A stretch of 64,000 nucleotides of DNA from a virus: positions 33,789 through 97,788 of IMG/VR virus record IMGVR_UViG_2910170622_000001, one strand, 5' to 3'. Both the position numbers and the translations under genes were made by a program. The stretch's first letter is position 1. Each line of letters begins with the position of its first letter. Under the pieces are notes generated by a model, which worked only from the letters and a program-made list of their open reading frames with translations, was not told the origin of the DNA and did not search any database. Shown here piece by piece: positions 28,009 through 36,280 of this stretch.

Positions 28009-28293
28009 TTATTTATTCTTTTCAGCTTCTTCGTAGTCTATCAATCTCCACTCATCTACAGGGATTTGGCGAACAGAGTAGTTCAACCCTCTAACAGCGC
28101 AGTCATCATCGGCAGACAGCTTGAAGCCTGACAGCGTAACTGCTGCGTCAGCGCCACACGTATCAACTACAACAGACCGCGCTTCTCCAGGTATTTCCTT
28201 CGTCTCTTCGCCAACCAATTCACCGTTCTTGTAAATACGAGTGGTGACAGTGCGGATACTAAAATTAGAAGACTTCTGCTCAGACATATTCAC
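28009..28293 (-). CDS. Hypothetical protein
   Basis: GAGGTGA RBS before ATG. Confidence 0.6.
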   Translation of the reverse strand: MNMSEQKSSNFSIRTVTTRIYKNGELVGEETKEIPGEARSVVVDTCGADAAVTLSGFKLSADDDCAVRGLNYSVRQIPVDEWRLIDYEEAEKNK

Positions 28294-28386
28294 CTCGCTT
28301 GTTTAAGGTCGCCCCTACTCTATCAGCCATCGTCTCACTCAGCGCTAAAGGCTAGAATCTGGGTGAGACTGCATGGTTGGGAGATC

Positions 28387-28781
28387 GTGGGCAAACGCGA
28401 TCGCTTTTTATCATCAAGAAATGTAATCTAGAAAATATTTAATTGCCTTGTCTATGTCATTAGTTGCACCGTCAATACCCCACTCGAAACGTGTCCACTT
28501 CGATCACTGCTAGTTTCACTCCTTTAACAGACTCTTTGCCCTCAAAATGGCAAATTCTGCCGTCCAACAAGTCGCTAAACTTATGCAGCTCTTTGTTCCC
28601 TGGAACGCTAAGAAAAGGATAAGTGCCGGGTGTCAATATCCGCTCATACCGAATCCAGAGCTTCGAGTCTGTAATCTCGTAACTATCAAAACAATCCGTT
28701 TTGTACCGCTCTATAAATTCTTGCAGACTCATCTTATCTTTCCCCTTAGCTTGTTTGTGGGCAAACGCGATCGCTTTTTAT
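28387..28781. repeat. 25-bp direct repeats containing HIP1 (28387-28411 and 28757-28781) bracketing one ORF
   Basis: GTGGGCAAACGCGATCGCTTTTTAT occurs twice, 370 bp apart. Confidence 0.85.
28472..28732 (-). CDS. Hypothetical protein
   Basis: ORF with RBS, inside the direct repeats. Confidence 0.55.
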   Translation of the reverse strand: MSLQEFIERYKTDCFDSYEITDSKLWIRYERILTPGTYPFLSVPGNKELHKFSDLLDGRICHFEGKESVKGVKLAVIEVDTFRVGY

Positions 28782-28842
28782 TGGCTAGTTTCCATGGGCA
28801 GGGCGGCGATCGTCGTTGCCTCACCCTGCCAAAATTCCGTTA

Positions 28843-29034
28843 TCAAGCAACTCGTCTCAACAGCGACTTAACTTTGCGAATCTTGCGGTAGACCCCTTTG
28901 CCCGAACAAACAAAACAGGGCACATCTATAGTCACTGCGTTACCACACCCATCAAAAGCGTCTGCTCCATAGGGCGGGTAGTACTCGATTTCGCCTTCAC
29001 CTTCGCAGTGCGAACATTGTTTATGTTTAGCCAT
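28843..29034 (-). CDS. Small DnaJ-type zinc-finger protein
   Basis: CSHCEGEG ... CFVCSGKG (two CxxCxGxG motifs). Confidence 0.65.
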   Translation of the reverse strand: MAKHKQCSHCEGEGEIEYYPPYGADAFDGCGNAVTIDVPCFVCSGKGVYRKIRKVKSLLRRVA

Positions 29035-29045
29035 TTTACTTTTCC

Positions 29046-29336
29046 CTAGCAAGTGAACGGGGCTTGATTAAAGTCAAAAACTTGTTTTTTCGGCGCTTTA
29101 ACACTCGGCACCATTCCGCCTTGATAAAAACTGATAACTTCAACGCCAAATAAGCTTGCAGCGGCAGATAGTTCCCAAGCAGCGACAAGTCTATCGCCTG
29201 ACTCAATTTTGACTATAGCTGTTCTATGAATCCCCAAAAATTTTGCTGTTTCTTTTTGAGTTTTGTTAGACGCTATTCGTAATTGCCTAAAACGATCGCC
29301 AATTTGGCTAGAAATTTTGTCTTTCGCTGCACTCAT
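29046..29336 (-). CDS. XRE-family HTH regulator
   Basis: IGDRFRQLRIASNKTQKETAKFLGIHRTAIVKIESG. Confidence 0.9.
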   Translation of the reverse strand: MSAAKDKISSQIGDRFRQLRIASNKTQKETAKFLGIHRTAIVKIESGDRLVAAWELSAAASLFGVEVISFYQGGMVPSVKAPKKQVFDFNQAPFTC

Positions 29337-29367
29337 GCTTTCCTCTGACTGCTGTTCGTTATGGGAA

Positions 29368-29601
29368 TCATGCTAGTTCAAGCCATCCGTCCGCGTTTTC
29401 GACCAGCTTGTATTTTGGGATTGCCTGCATCACCATGTCGAAGTCTGAGACTGTATACATTTCCACGTTGCCTGCCTGGGTAGGCTCGATACCTAGCTCG
29501 TACTGAATCCTTGCAACAGTCTGAGCGCAAAGAGTTGGGTAAACCTTCCACACTGCCCGAATAAATTCATGCTCTAAGTAATGCGTTCTGATGAATGTCA
29601 T
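29368..29601 (-). CDS. Small winged-HTH/excisionase-like protein
   Basis: GGAGG RBS; aligns by eye with 32665-32922. Confidence 0.5.
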   Translation of the reverse strand: MTFIRTHYLEHEFIRAVWKVYPTLCAQTVARIQYELGIEPTQAGNVEMYTVSDFDMVMQAIPKYKLVENADGWLELA

Positions 29602-29626
29602 AGAACCTCCATCTACAGGGTTTGAA

Positions 29627-29821
29627 TCAAGTTTTTGCATTTCGGTTACGCTTTGCTTTCTTAGTTTGATATTCCTCGATTTTCTCAGCTAGGAAGACCT
29701 CTACAAGGTTACTAACCGAGCGCTTTTGCTCTTTAGCTATCTCATCCAAGCTTTCCTTCATGCCATCGCCTACATAAATAGTGAGGCGCTTCTTATCAGT
29801 TGTCACAATCATTTGAACCAT
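29627..29821 (-). CDS. RHH (CopG-like) regulator
   Basis: TDKKRLTIYVGDGMKESLDEIAKEQKRSVSNLV. Confidence 0.85.
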   Translation of the reverse strand: MVQMIVTTDKKRLTIYVGDGMKESLDEIAKEQKRSVSNLVEVFLAEKIEEYQTKKAKRNRNAKT

Positions 29822-29952
29822 AGGGGTACCCCAGAAAACCTACATTACTAAGGTACCACGTTGGTACACTCACCATGTTATCACAATGCATAAAAGTACC
29901 CACACTAAGCCTCACTTTTGTTAAAGTGTAGAAGTACGGTCGCTTTAATGCT

Positions 29953-30855
29953 TTGTACTCAGATTTACCTGTCAGACTCCATGCCTCCTTAGCCGATGGT
30001 GGCTTATGCTCCGATTCCAGGGGTTATGCCGCTATGCAGCTATGGTTTGCCGTTCGTGCTGTTGACACGCTCGGAAGAGGCTGTGCGGAGTTTGACTTGC
30101 GGCAGATGGCAGCAAGCTTAGGTCGAGGCGTTTCTACCGTTCAGCGGTATCTGCGTGACGGTCTGAAGTTGCGGTTATTTCGCTCAGTAAACGGTCTGGG
30201 TGCTGGTCAGTACAGGGTGTACTATGCCGGACTGCATAATGTCTGCCGTCGAATGCAGATCAGCAACTTTGGCGCTGTGGTCGAAGTAACGGTTGGAGAC
30301 TTGCGGCACATGCGATTTATCGCCGCTGAAGCACAAGCCCAGCACTTACAGAAATGCAGTCGCTTTAAGGCGCAACAGAAACATAAACGTGGACTTGCCA
30401 AACCAGGCGCTTTACTTAGCCCGTCGCACTATTCCGTTGGCGTAAGAGGTAAAGTTCTTCATCATGGTCGCAGTGCCACCTATGTTTCTGAAGACTTCAT
30501 TCCGTTCGGCACCAAGCAGTCAACGATCGCTAAGTCGTTAGGCAGGAGCGATCGCACAATCAGGCGCAGGCTTTCCAATGATGCTGATGCTAAACATGGG
30601 CGGATTCAGAAAGGCTTGCCGAAGGTCGTTAAACGTCAGTTAATTCAAGCTGTGCAAGATGCAGTGAGCGATCGTGTGTTTGTGCAGGCTGGCGGAATGT
30701 TTGAAGACAGTAGAGTGTTCTTTTCTAAAGGTCGTTACTGGAAGCGTTTGACTAATATCTATGCTTCTCCCTATAGGACTCTCTGCATGAAAGCTTCTAG
30801 ACACTTCCTGAATAAGAAGGTCGCTAAAGATTTGGAACAACCACAAATGATATGA
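29953..30855 (+). CDS. HTH-containing protein, possibly replication-related
   Basis: Two HTH-like segments (LRQMAASLGRGVSTVQRYL; QSTIAKSLGRSDRTIRRRL). Confidence 0.55.
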   Translation: MYSDLPVRLHASLADGGLCSDSRGYAAMQLWFAVRAVDTLGRGCAEFDLRQMAASLGRGVSTVQRYLRDGLKLRLFRSVNGLGAGQYRVYYAGLHNVCRRMQISNFGAVVEVTVGDLRHMRFIAAEAQAQHLQKCSRFKAQQKHKRGLAKPGALLSPSHYSVGVRGKVLHHGRSATYVSEDFIPFGTKQSTIAKSLGRSDRTIRRRLSNDADAKHGRIQKGLPKVVKRQLIQAVQDAVSDRVFVQAGGMFEDSRVFFSKGRYWKRLTNIYASPYRTLCMKASRHFLNKKVAKDLEQPQMI

Positions 30856-30930
30856 GGAATATAAGAAGGACAATGGTGATATCTACCAAAAGCATACTTA
30901 AAAAGTTGAATAGGGGAGAGAGGTAGAGGC

Positions 30931-31806
30931 ATGGCTTTAGATCCAAGAACGATCGACCTTGCTAAGATTCCTGGTTACGCTTTTGATCAACTGCATCTAC
31001 TGCCTGAGATGCCAGGACTATATTTAGTAGTGGCAGAGCAATCCGTTCTGTATGTTGGCAAAGCTAAGAACATTCGGCAGCGCTGGGTAAGAGGGCACCA
31101 CAAAGGCTTGAACTTAGGGCGCTACTATGACGTTGCCCGTATTGTCTCAGTCGGTTGTCATGAGAATGAATTGAGCGCATCAGAGCAACTATTCATCGCT
31201 TGGTTTAACTGCCCACTAAACGAAACCATTAGTCAAAGCACTCGCGCCAAGCTTCGATATAGTCTTACTCACAAAAGCTTGCCTGAGACTGCCGATCGTA
31301 GCGCCACTAAATTAGACAGGCTGATTGACTTGCTTTCAGGCTTCCACATTGAAGGCAACGCACCTTACGAGATTAAGGAAGCTTTGCAGATTGCTTTAGA
31401 GTTGCGGGATGGAGCGATCGCTAAAACTAACCCAGTCGCAGAGGCTCAAAAGCAAAGCCGCTTTTCTCTAAGCAAATATGAGCCGTTGATGGTAAGCGAA
31501 AAAGCAAACTATCTGCAACCTGATCGGGTAGATTGCAAGGCTGTCTTTACTACGTCTGCGGTTGCGTTTATAGACAGAGAGAGGGATTTTGATCTGTTCT
31601 GGGAAGCGGTGAAAAAGAAGACCAACAAACAAAATGCTAGATCTGCATTCAAAAAGGTTAAAGATGTAGACGTGCAAACGCTTATTACTATCTTGAATAA
31701 GCAGCAGGACTGGCACATGAAGCGCAACGGCAACCTAGCCTTTCTGGCTCAGCCGGCAAATTGGTTGCATGGGCGACGGTGGGAAGATGAATATGAATAC
31801 CTTTAA
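30931..31806 (+). CDS. GIY-YIG nuclease domain fused to a phage replisome-organizer-like C-terminus
   Basis: PGLYLV...VLYVGKAKNIRQRW at the N-terminus; FDLFWEAVKKKTNKQNARSAF...QPANWLHGRRWEDE at the C-terminus. Confidence 0.7.
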   Translation: MALDPRTIDLAKIPGYAFDQLHLLPEMPGLYLVVAEQSVLYVGKAKNIRQRWVRGHHKGLNLGRYYDVARIVSVGCHENELSASEQLFIAWFNCPLNETISQSTRAKLRYSLTHKSLPETADRSATKLDRLIDLLSGFHIEGNAPYEIKEALQIALELRDGAIAKTNPVAEAQKQSRFSLSKYEPLMVSEKANYLQPDRVDCKAVFTTSAVAFIDRERDFDLFWEAVKKKTNKQNARSAFKKVKDVDVQTLITILNKQQDWHMKRNGNLAFLAQPANWLHGRRWEDEYEYL

Positions 31807-31824
31807 CAGCGAATTAGGAGTTAA

Positions 31825-32028
31825 ATGGCACTAGAGTACACACCGGAAGAGTTAACAGCGATCGCGCTTCTCCACGATTCAATGTGTCAGAAGCCAGAGA
31901 TGACCGCACGGCAGCAGTACATCTTGGAACTGGTGAAGGAGCAATTGCGGGTGAAGACTTGCACGATGGATGAGGCGACTAAGAGAGCGATCGCGTCTGC
32001 TGATCTTGTATTTGGGAAGGAGAACTGA
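31825..32028 (+). CDS. Hypothetical protein
   Basis: AGGAG RBS; coupled operon. Confidence 0.55.
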   Translation: MALEYTPEELTAIALLHDSMCQKPEMTARQQYILELVKEQLRVKTCTMDEATKRAIASADLVFGKEN

Positions 32029-32432
32029 TGGAAATATCACCAGTGTTGGCGCAGATTGCCCGTCAGAGCAGCGTTGTTTACTTTTGCCTATCGTCAGCAG
32101 AATCAGGAGAGATCACATGGGATGAGGCGTTCAATCGTGCTGCTGAAGGATTGGCGCAGCAATATCGAGGTTTGAAGGCAGGGCTGCTTGAAAAGGGTTA
32201 TGACGTGGATGCTGAAAGAGCCAAAGCTTCACCAGTCTATAAGGCTATCGGACCGTTTGACCCTGACACGATCGTCAACAGCGACTTAAGCCATGAACAA
32301 AAGATATGTGCTCTTTGCTATGCCGTTGCAAACACACAAGACCTGTTTACCTTTTGGCTTTCGATCAAATCACCTGCAATAGACGTTTCAGGGATGAAAG
32401 CGATCGAGTCACGGTATCGAGAGGAATGTTGA
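32028..32432 (+). CDS. Hypothetical protein
   Basis: TGATG coupling. Confidence 0.55.
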   Translation: MEISPVLAQIARQSSVVYFCLSSAESGEITWDEAFNRAAEGLAQQYRGLKAGLLEKGYDVDAERAKASPVYKAIGPFDPDTIVNSDLSHEQKICALCYAVANTQDLFTFWLSIKSPAIDVSGMKAIESRYREEC

Positions 32433-32668
32433 TGACCACAGCAGGCGACGATCGCAAAGTCTTTGAAAACATCAACCTCACCATTTATGAGTCAAGCGGT
32501 CGCGTCTATGTTCGTATTGAGCAAGATGTAAAGAACGGCAGCGCCATCAGTGGTGAGGGTAAGTGCTTGGTGGAGGCGTTGAGAGCATTGGCGGATGCGA
32601 TCGTCTGGGCTCATACGAATGCACCCATCTGGAAGCATCCTAAAGTTATTGGAGAGAGGCAAGAATGA
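32432..32668 (+). CDS. Hypothetical protein
   Basis: TGATG coupling; start chosen by overlap. Confidence 0.5.
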   Translation: MTTAGDDRKVFENINLTIYESSGRVYVRIEQDVKNGSAISGEGKCLVEALRALADAIVWAHTNAPIWKHPKVIGERQE

Positions 32669-32922
32669 AAAAGCACCAGACGGTTAGAACGCATTTATCG
32701 GCTTACGAGGTAGGGAATGCCGTTAGGGAGAAGTATCCTACTATTTCAGCCACCGTTATTGCAGCAGTCAAAGAACAACACAACATCTGGGGAGTTAAAG
32801 CCGGTGCAGATGTCCTTTACCCGATCGCGCAGGTAGAGAAATTGTTGGAGGCGATCGCGCAAATTGAACTGATTGAGCGTAACGGCTTTCTAGTTTTGCC
32901 TGATAGCTTCCATCGAATGTGA
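32665..32922 (+). CDS. Small winged-HTH/excisionase-like protein
   Basis: Paralog of 29368-29601. Confidence 0.5.
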   Translation: MKKHQTVRTHLSAYEVGNAVREKYPTISATVIAAVKEQHNIWGVKAGADVLYPIAQVEKLLEAIAQIELIERNGFLVLPDSFHRM

Positions 32923-32983
32923 ATTTTACGCCCAAAGCCTTGTACACAGGGCAAAATATAGGTGTCGATCGCGGTACTAATTA

Positions 32984-33346
32984 ATGCCTGAAGTGCCTAA
33001 GACAGAAATTGAACTGCTAAACGAGAAAGTTGATGCACTCAGCAGGACCGTAGACACATTCACAGAAAGAGTTTTTGCCACAGTTGGCATATCTCACCAT
33101 TCTGAAGCGCAGTCCAGTGAGGCGATCAAGGCACTGCCTGAAATGATAATGGCGATCAAGCAGCTGCAAACTCAGTTACTCATTGGTACAACACCAGTCG
33201 ATCTGGCGAAGACGTTGCAGAACGTTGTAGAAGCGTCGATCGAGCCTGAAGATTTAGAACTGCAACGGCAACTCTTACAGGCGCTCCAGGTACATAGACA
33301 GGTTGAACAAGGTGGTACGGGCAACAGCTACACGGGTGAGTTGTAA
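32984..33346 (+). CDS. Hypothetical coiled-coil protein
   Basis: 120-aa helical ORF coupled to the exonuclease gene. Confidence 0.55.
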   Translation: MPEVPKTEIELLNEKVDALSRTVDTFTERVFATVGISHHSEAQSSEAIKALPEMIMAIKQLQTQLLIGTTPVDLAKTLQNVVEASIEPEDLELQRQLLQALQVHRQVEQGGTGNSYTGEL

Positions 33347-34020
33347 TGCGCTATTGGATCGACGCGGAATTTATAGAACGAGGGCACAGACACCCGATCG
33401 ACCTCATCAGCATCGCGGTGGTAGCCGAAGACGATCGTGAATACTACGCCATCAGCACAGAATTCAACCCTAACCACGCGAGTCAATGGGTGAAAGACAA
33501 TGTACTAGACAAACTGCCACCACGCCACCCTATAAACCCCATGAGCGGTGGCGTATCACCACGGCTTTGGGGCGAGTCTAAAGCGTGGAAAAGCCGCGAA
33601 GTAATTTCTATTGAGGTGATGGCTTTTCTGAAAGACTTGCCGATCGTTGACTTGCACCATTTTGAGCGATCGCGGCTTGCTAAACTTTCAGCGCGGATCT
33701 TTGGCACCGATGGTCTAGCCAAGCATCCAAGCCCTAAGATTCAAGACATTTTTAACGATCCAAGCTTTGGTGAAGAGCCTGAGCTTTGGGCTTACTACGG
33801 CAGCTACGATCATGTTTCGCATTGCCAGTTGTACGGCACCATGATGGACTTGCCAAAGGGATTGCCGATGTACATCAACGACATCATGCAGGAATGGCGA
33901 CGACTAGGGAAACCCGAATTACCACAGCAAGCAAGCACTGCCCACAATGCGCTTGATGACGCTCGTTACTGCAAACAGTTATGGGAATTTCTTGATGCCT
34001 ACTCAAAACGTGATGACTGA
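33346..34020 (+). CDS. DEDDh 3'-5' exoribonuclease (Rv2179c/DUF5051-like)
   Basis: YWIDAEF...LISIAVVAEDDREYYA, WAYYGSYD, HNALDDA. Confidence 0.85.
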   Translation: MRYWIDAEFIERGHRHPIDLISIAVVAEDDREYYAISTEFNPNHASQWVKDNVLDKLPPRHPINPMSGGVSPRLWGESKAWKSREVISIEVMAFLKDLPIVDLHHFERSRLAKLSARIFGTDGLAKHPSPKIQDIFNDPSFGEEPELWAYYGSYDHVSHCQLYGTMMDLPKGLPMYINDIMQEWRRLGKPELPQQASTAHNALDDARYCKQLWEFLDAYSKRDD

Positions 34021-34294
34021 AGAAACGCCACCCGATCGCACTTCCCGCGAACCACGCCAAGTCACGCAGTACGAACAAGCTGAAAACCGAGAACAGACGC
34101 AAGCACGGTTTCGGCAAGTGTCGATGGAACGCTTTGATGGTCTGCGTTATGACGTGAACAATTTAGCTATAGCCTCTCAACAGCGGCAGAGTAGGATGGA
34201 CGATCGCCTGCGGAGCATCAGCGGGTGGCAAATTGTGATCTTGGCGTTGCAGGTTGTCAGTTTGGGCGTGATGCTGTTTTGGAGGCAAGGATGA
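34013..34294 (+). CDS. Coiled-coil protein with C-terminal TM helix (lysis-associated)
   Basis: C-terminal WQIVILALQVVSLGVMLFW; lies in the lysis module. Confidence 0.55.
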   Translation: MTEETPPDRTSREPRQVTQYEQAENREQTQARFRQVSMERFDGLRYDVNNLAIASQQRQSRMDDRLRSISGWQIVILALQVVSLGVMLFWRQG

Positions 34295-34551
34295 GCGACG
34301 AACCATTACAACCTGTGGCGGCACCAGTAGAGGCACCAGTAGCCGTTAAGCGTGAAGCAGGCAAACTAGGCTCATATCTCTTCGCGTTGATTGTGTCGCT
34401 GTTCCTGGGCTATCAGTGCCTTGTAGCAGACAAGAATAATCGGGAGGTGCCACCGCTCACCTTCCTCTCCTGCTTTACCCTGATTGGCACAGCGCTAGGC
34501 GTGACTATTGATGCAGGCGCGATCGGGCAGTTTTTTGTACCCCGCAAGTAA
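34291..34551 (+). CDS. Holin-like two-TM protein
   Basis: Two hydrophobic helices; small; upstream of the endolysin. Confidence 0.55.
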   Translation: MSDEPLQPVAAPVEAPVAVKREAGKLGSYLFALIVSLFLGYQCLVADKNNREVPPLTFLSCFTLIGTALGVTIDAGAIGQFFVPRK

Positions 34552-34568
34552 CCATTGATGGCACCTGT

Positions 34569-35060
34569 ATGACCTTGTATCCCAAAATGGAAGACGGTGA
34601 AGGCATTGAGATGAAACCTGGAGAGGTTCTCAGGCTTGCCTGCTGTGATTGCGGTTTAGTTCATCGAATAGGCTTTGCTATTGAGGAGAATAACAGCATT
34701 GGATTGGCTTTTGTCCGTGACAATCGCGCTACTGCACAGCTAAGGCGACACGGCTCAGGCTACCTTCAGCAAGAGATGATTAAAGGTTGGCAGATGATTA
34801 GAGAGACTAACAGCGCTGCACCATTGCGAGAAAAACTGGCAGACTTGCAGCATGAGATTTGGTCACACTGGATGCGGTGGCTATTCCAGTGTTGCACCAA
34901 GAATGCCGATGGCTCAGTTACTATACCTGCTGCTAAGGTCGAACGGTGGATGAGGCAGATGGAGACACCATACAGTCAGCTATCAGATGCAGAACAAGAG
35001 AGCGATCGCATCGAAGCCGATAAAGTTCTCAAAGTGTTGGGTGAGACGCAGCAGCAGTAA
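34569..35060 (+). CDS. Two-domain protein: CCDC..H zinc-binding domain plus RyR-repeat-like domain
   Basis: RLACCDCGLVH; LADLQHEIWSHW...TPYSQLSDAEQESDR. Confidence 0.5.
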   Translation: MTLYPKMEDGEGIEMKPGEVLRLACCDCGLVHRIGFAIEENNSIGLAFVRDNRATAQLRRHGSGYLQQEMIKGWQMIRETNSAAPLREKLADLQHEIWSHWMRWLFQCCTKNADGSVTIPAAKVERWMRQMETPYSQLSDAEQESDRIEADKVLKVLGETQQQ

Positions 35061-35077
35061 ATTCTAAGCAGGCACCA

Positions 35078-35749
35078 ATGACAATCCAACTCACTGACGT
35101 TGCTCAACACTATCGATCGCTCCCTCAACAGCAGGAAGCGCTGAAGTACCTGCAAGAGCAAACCAGTGCCGAAGTGCTGACAAAGTTCGCTGAGTTATGG
35201 CGAAAAGCGCCGCCAGTACCACCCGAACTCGTGACGTTAGACGATCTACTGAAGATCACTTTGGTCGCCCCTAAAGAGCGCTTGCAGAAGTTTGTGCTGC
35301 CACTCAATCAACACCTTGAGAAGTACAAGGTCGATACGCCGCTAAGGATCTGCCACTTCCTGGCTCAAGTCCTCCATGAGAGTGGAGAGTTTCAATACCA
35401 GGAAGAGATTGCCTCTGGCGCTGACTACGAATGGCGCGATGATTTGGGCAATACTAAACCGGGTGATGGTTGCCGCTTCAAAGGGCGTGGACTCATTCAG
35501 GTAACAGGCAGAAGCAACTACAGCGATTTATCGAAGGCTGTGGGGATTGATTACTTGAACGATCCTGATAGGCTTGCCTGTATCCCCGACTGCCTCACAT
35601 CAGCCTTCTGGTATTGGAACAGTCGTAACCTCTCAGCGCTGGCAGATAAGGATGACTTTGACACCATTACGCTCAGGATTAATGGTGGCTATAACGGTTA
35701 CGACGATCGGCTTAAGTATTTACTGAAAGCCAAAGAGGTGTTGATGTGA
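35078..35749 (+). CDS. Endolysin, glycoside hydrolase family 19
   Basis: HFLAQVLHESGEF, FKGRGLIQVTGRSNY, INGGYNGYDDR. Confidence 0.92.
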   Translation: MTIQLTDVAQHYRSLPQQQEALKYLQEQTSAEVLTKFAELWRKAPPVPPELVTLDDLLKITLVAPKERLQKFVLPLNQHLEKYKVDTPLRICHFLAQVLHESGEFQYQEEIASGADYEWRDDLGNTKPGDGCRFKGRGLIQVTGRSNYSDLSKAVGIDYLNDPDRLACIPDCLTSAFWYWNSRNLSALADKDDFDTITLRINGGYNGYDDRLKYLLKAKEVLM

Positions 35750-36024
35750 TGCCTCTGACACTTGAAGAACAGTTTGAAGCTGCAAAATTGGAAAAAAGCG
35801 CTGAGTTGTACGGGTGGCAAATGATTCGAGAAGATCTTGAATCGCCAACCTATACAATGAACGACTTGTTTTTAACTGGCTTGCCGCTCTATTTAGGCAG
35901 AATGCAATGGACGGGGCATGAATGTGGATGGGCGCTCTATGCTCATGTGCCTCAATTCAGAGAAGTAGAAAAGTTCTTAACCGCTTTCGGGTGCAAGTTT
36001 TTCTGGGATATGCCGCCTACCTGA
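35746..36024 (+). CDS. Hypothetical protein
   Basis: Coupled to the endolysin gene. Confidence 0.5.
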   Translation: MMPLTLEEQFEAAKLEKSAELYGWQMIREDLESPTYTMNDLFLTGLPLYLGRMQWTGHECGWALYAHVPQFREVEKFLTAFGCKFFWDMPPT

Positions 36025-36097
36025 TTGTGCAGCCAATGGGGTGATATTGAATACTTTCATCACCGAATCAATACGCAATGCATACAATGAAAGCGCA

Positions 36098-36244
36098 TTA
36101 ATCTATAGGGTTTAGCACCCCTGAAACGGATAGTTTTCTCAACAATTCACGGATAACATCACTTTGGGTTCTACCTGTCAGTTTGCAGTATGCCTGCAAA
36201 TGCTCAATTTCGCGGTCTGGTAGCCTAATACTGATTTGTGTCAT
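36098..36244 (-). CDS. RHH (CopG-like) protein
   Basis: MTQISIRLPDREIEHLQAYCKLTGRTQSDVIRELL; internal ATG at 36244. Confidence 0.85.
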   Translation of the reverse strand: MTQISIRLPDREIEHLQAYCKLTGRTQSDVIRELLRKLSVSGVLNPID

Positions 36245-36245
36245 G

Positions 36246-36274
36246 GTAGCAATATTGTAGCAATATGGTATAAT
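36246..36274 (+). promoter_or_regulatory. tnpB promoter (extended -10 TG-G-TATAAT) with tandem GTAGCAATAT operator-like repeats
   Basis: GTAGCAATAT at 36246-36255 and 36257-36266; TATAAT at 36269-36274. Confidence 0.65.
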
Positions 36275-36280
36275 CGTATC

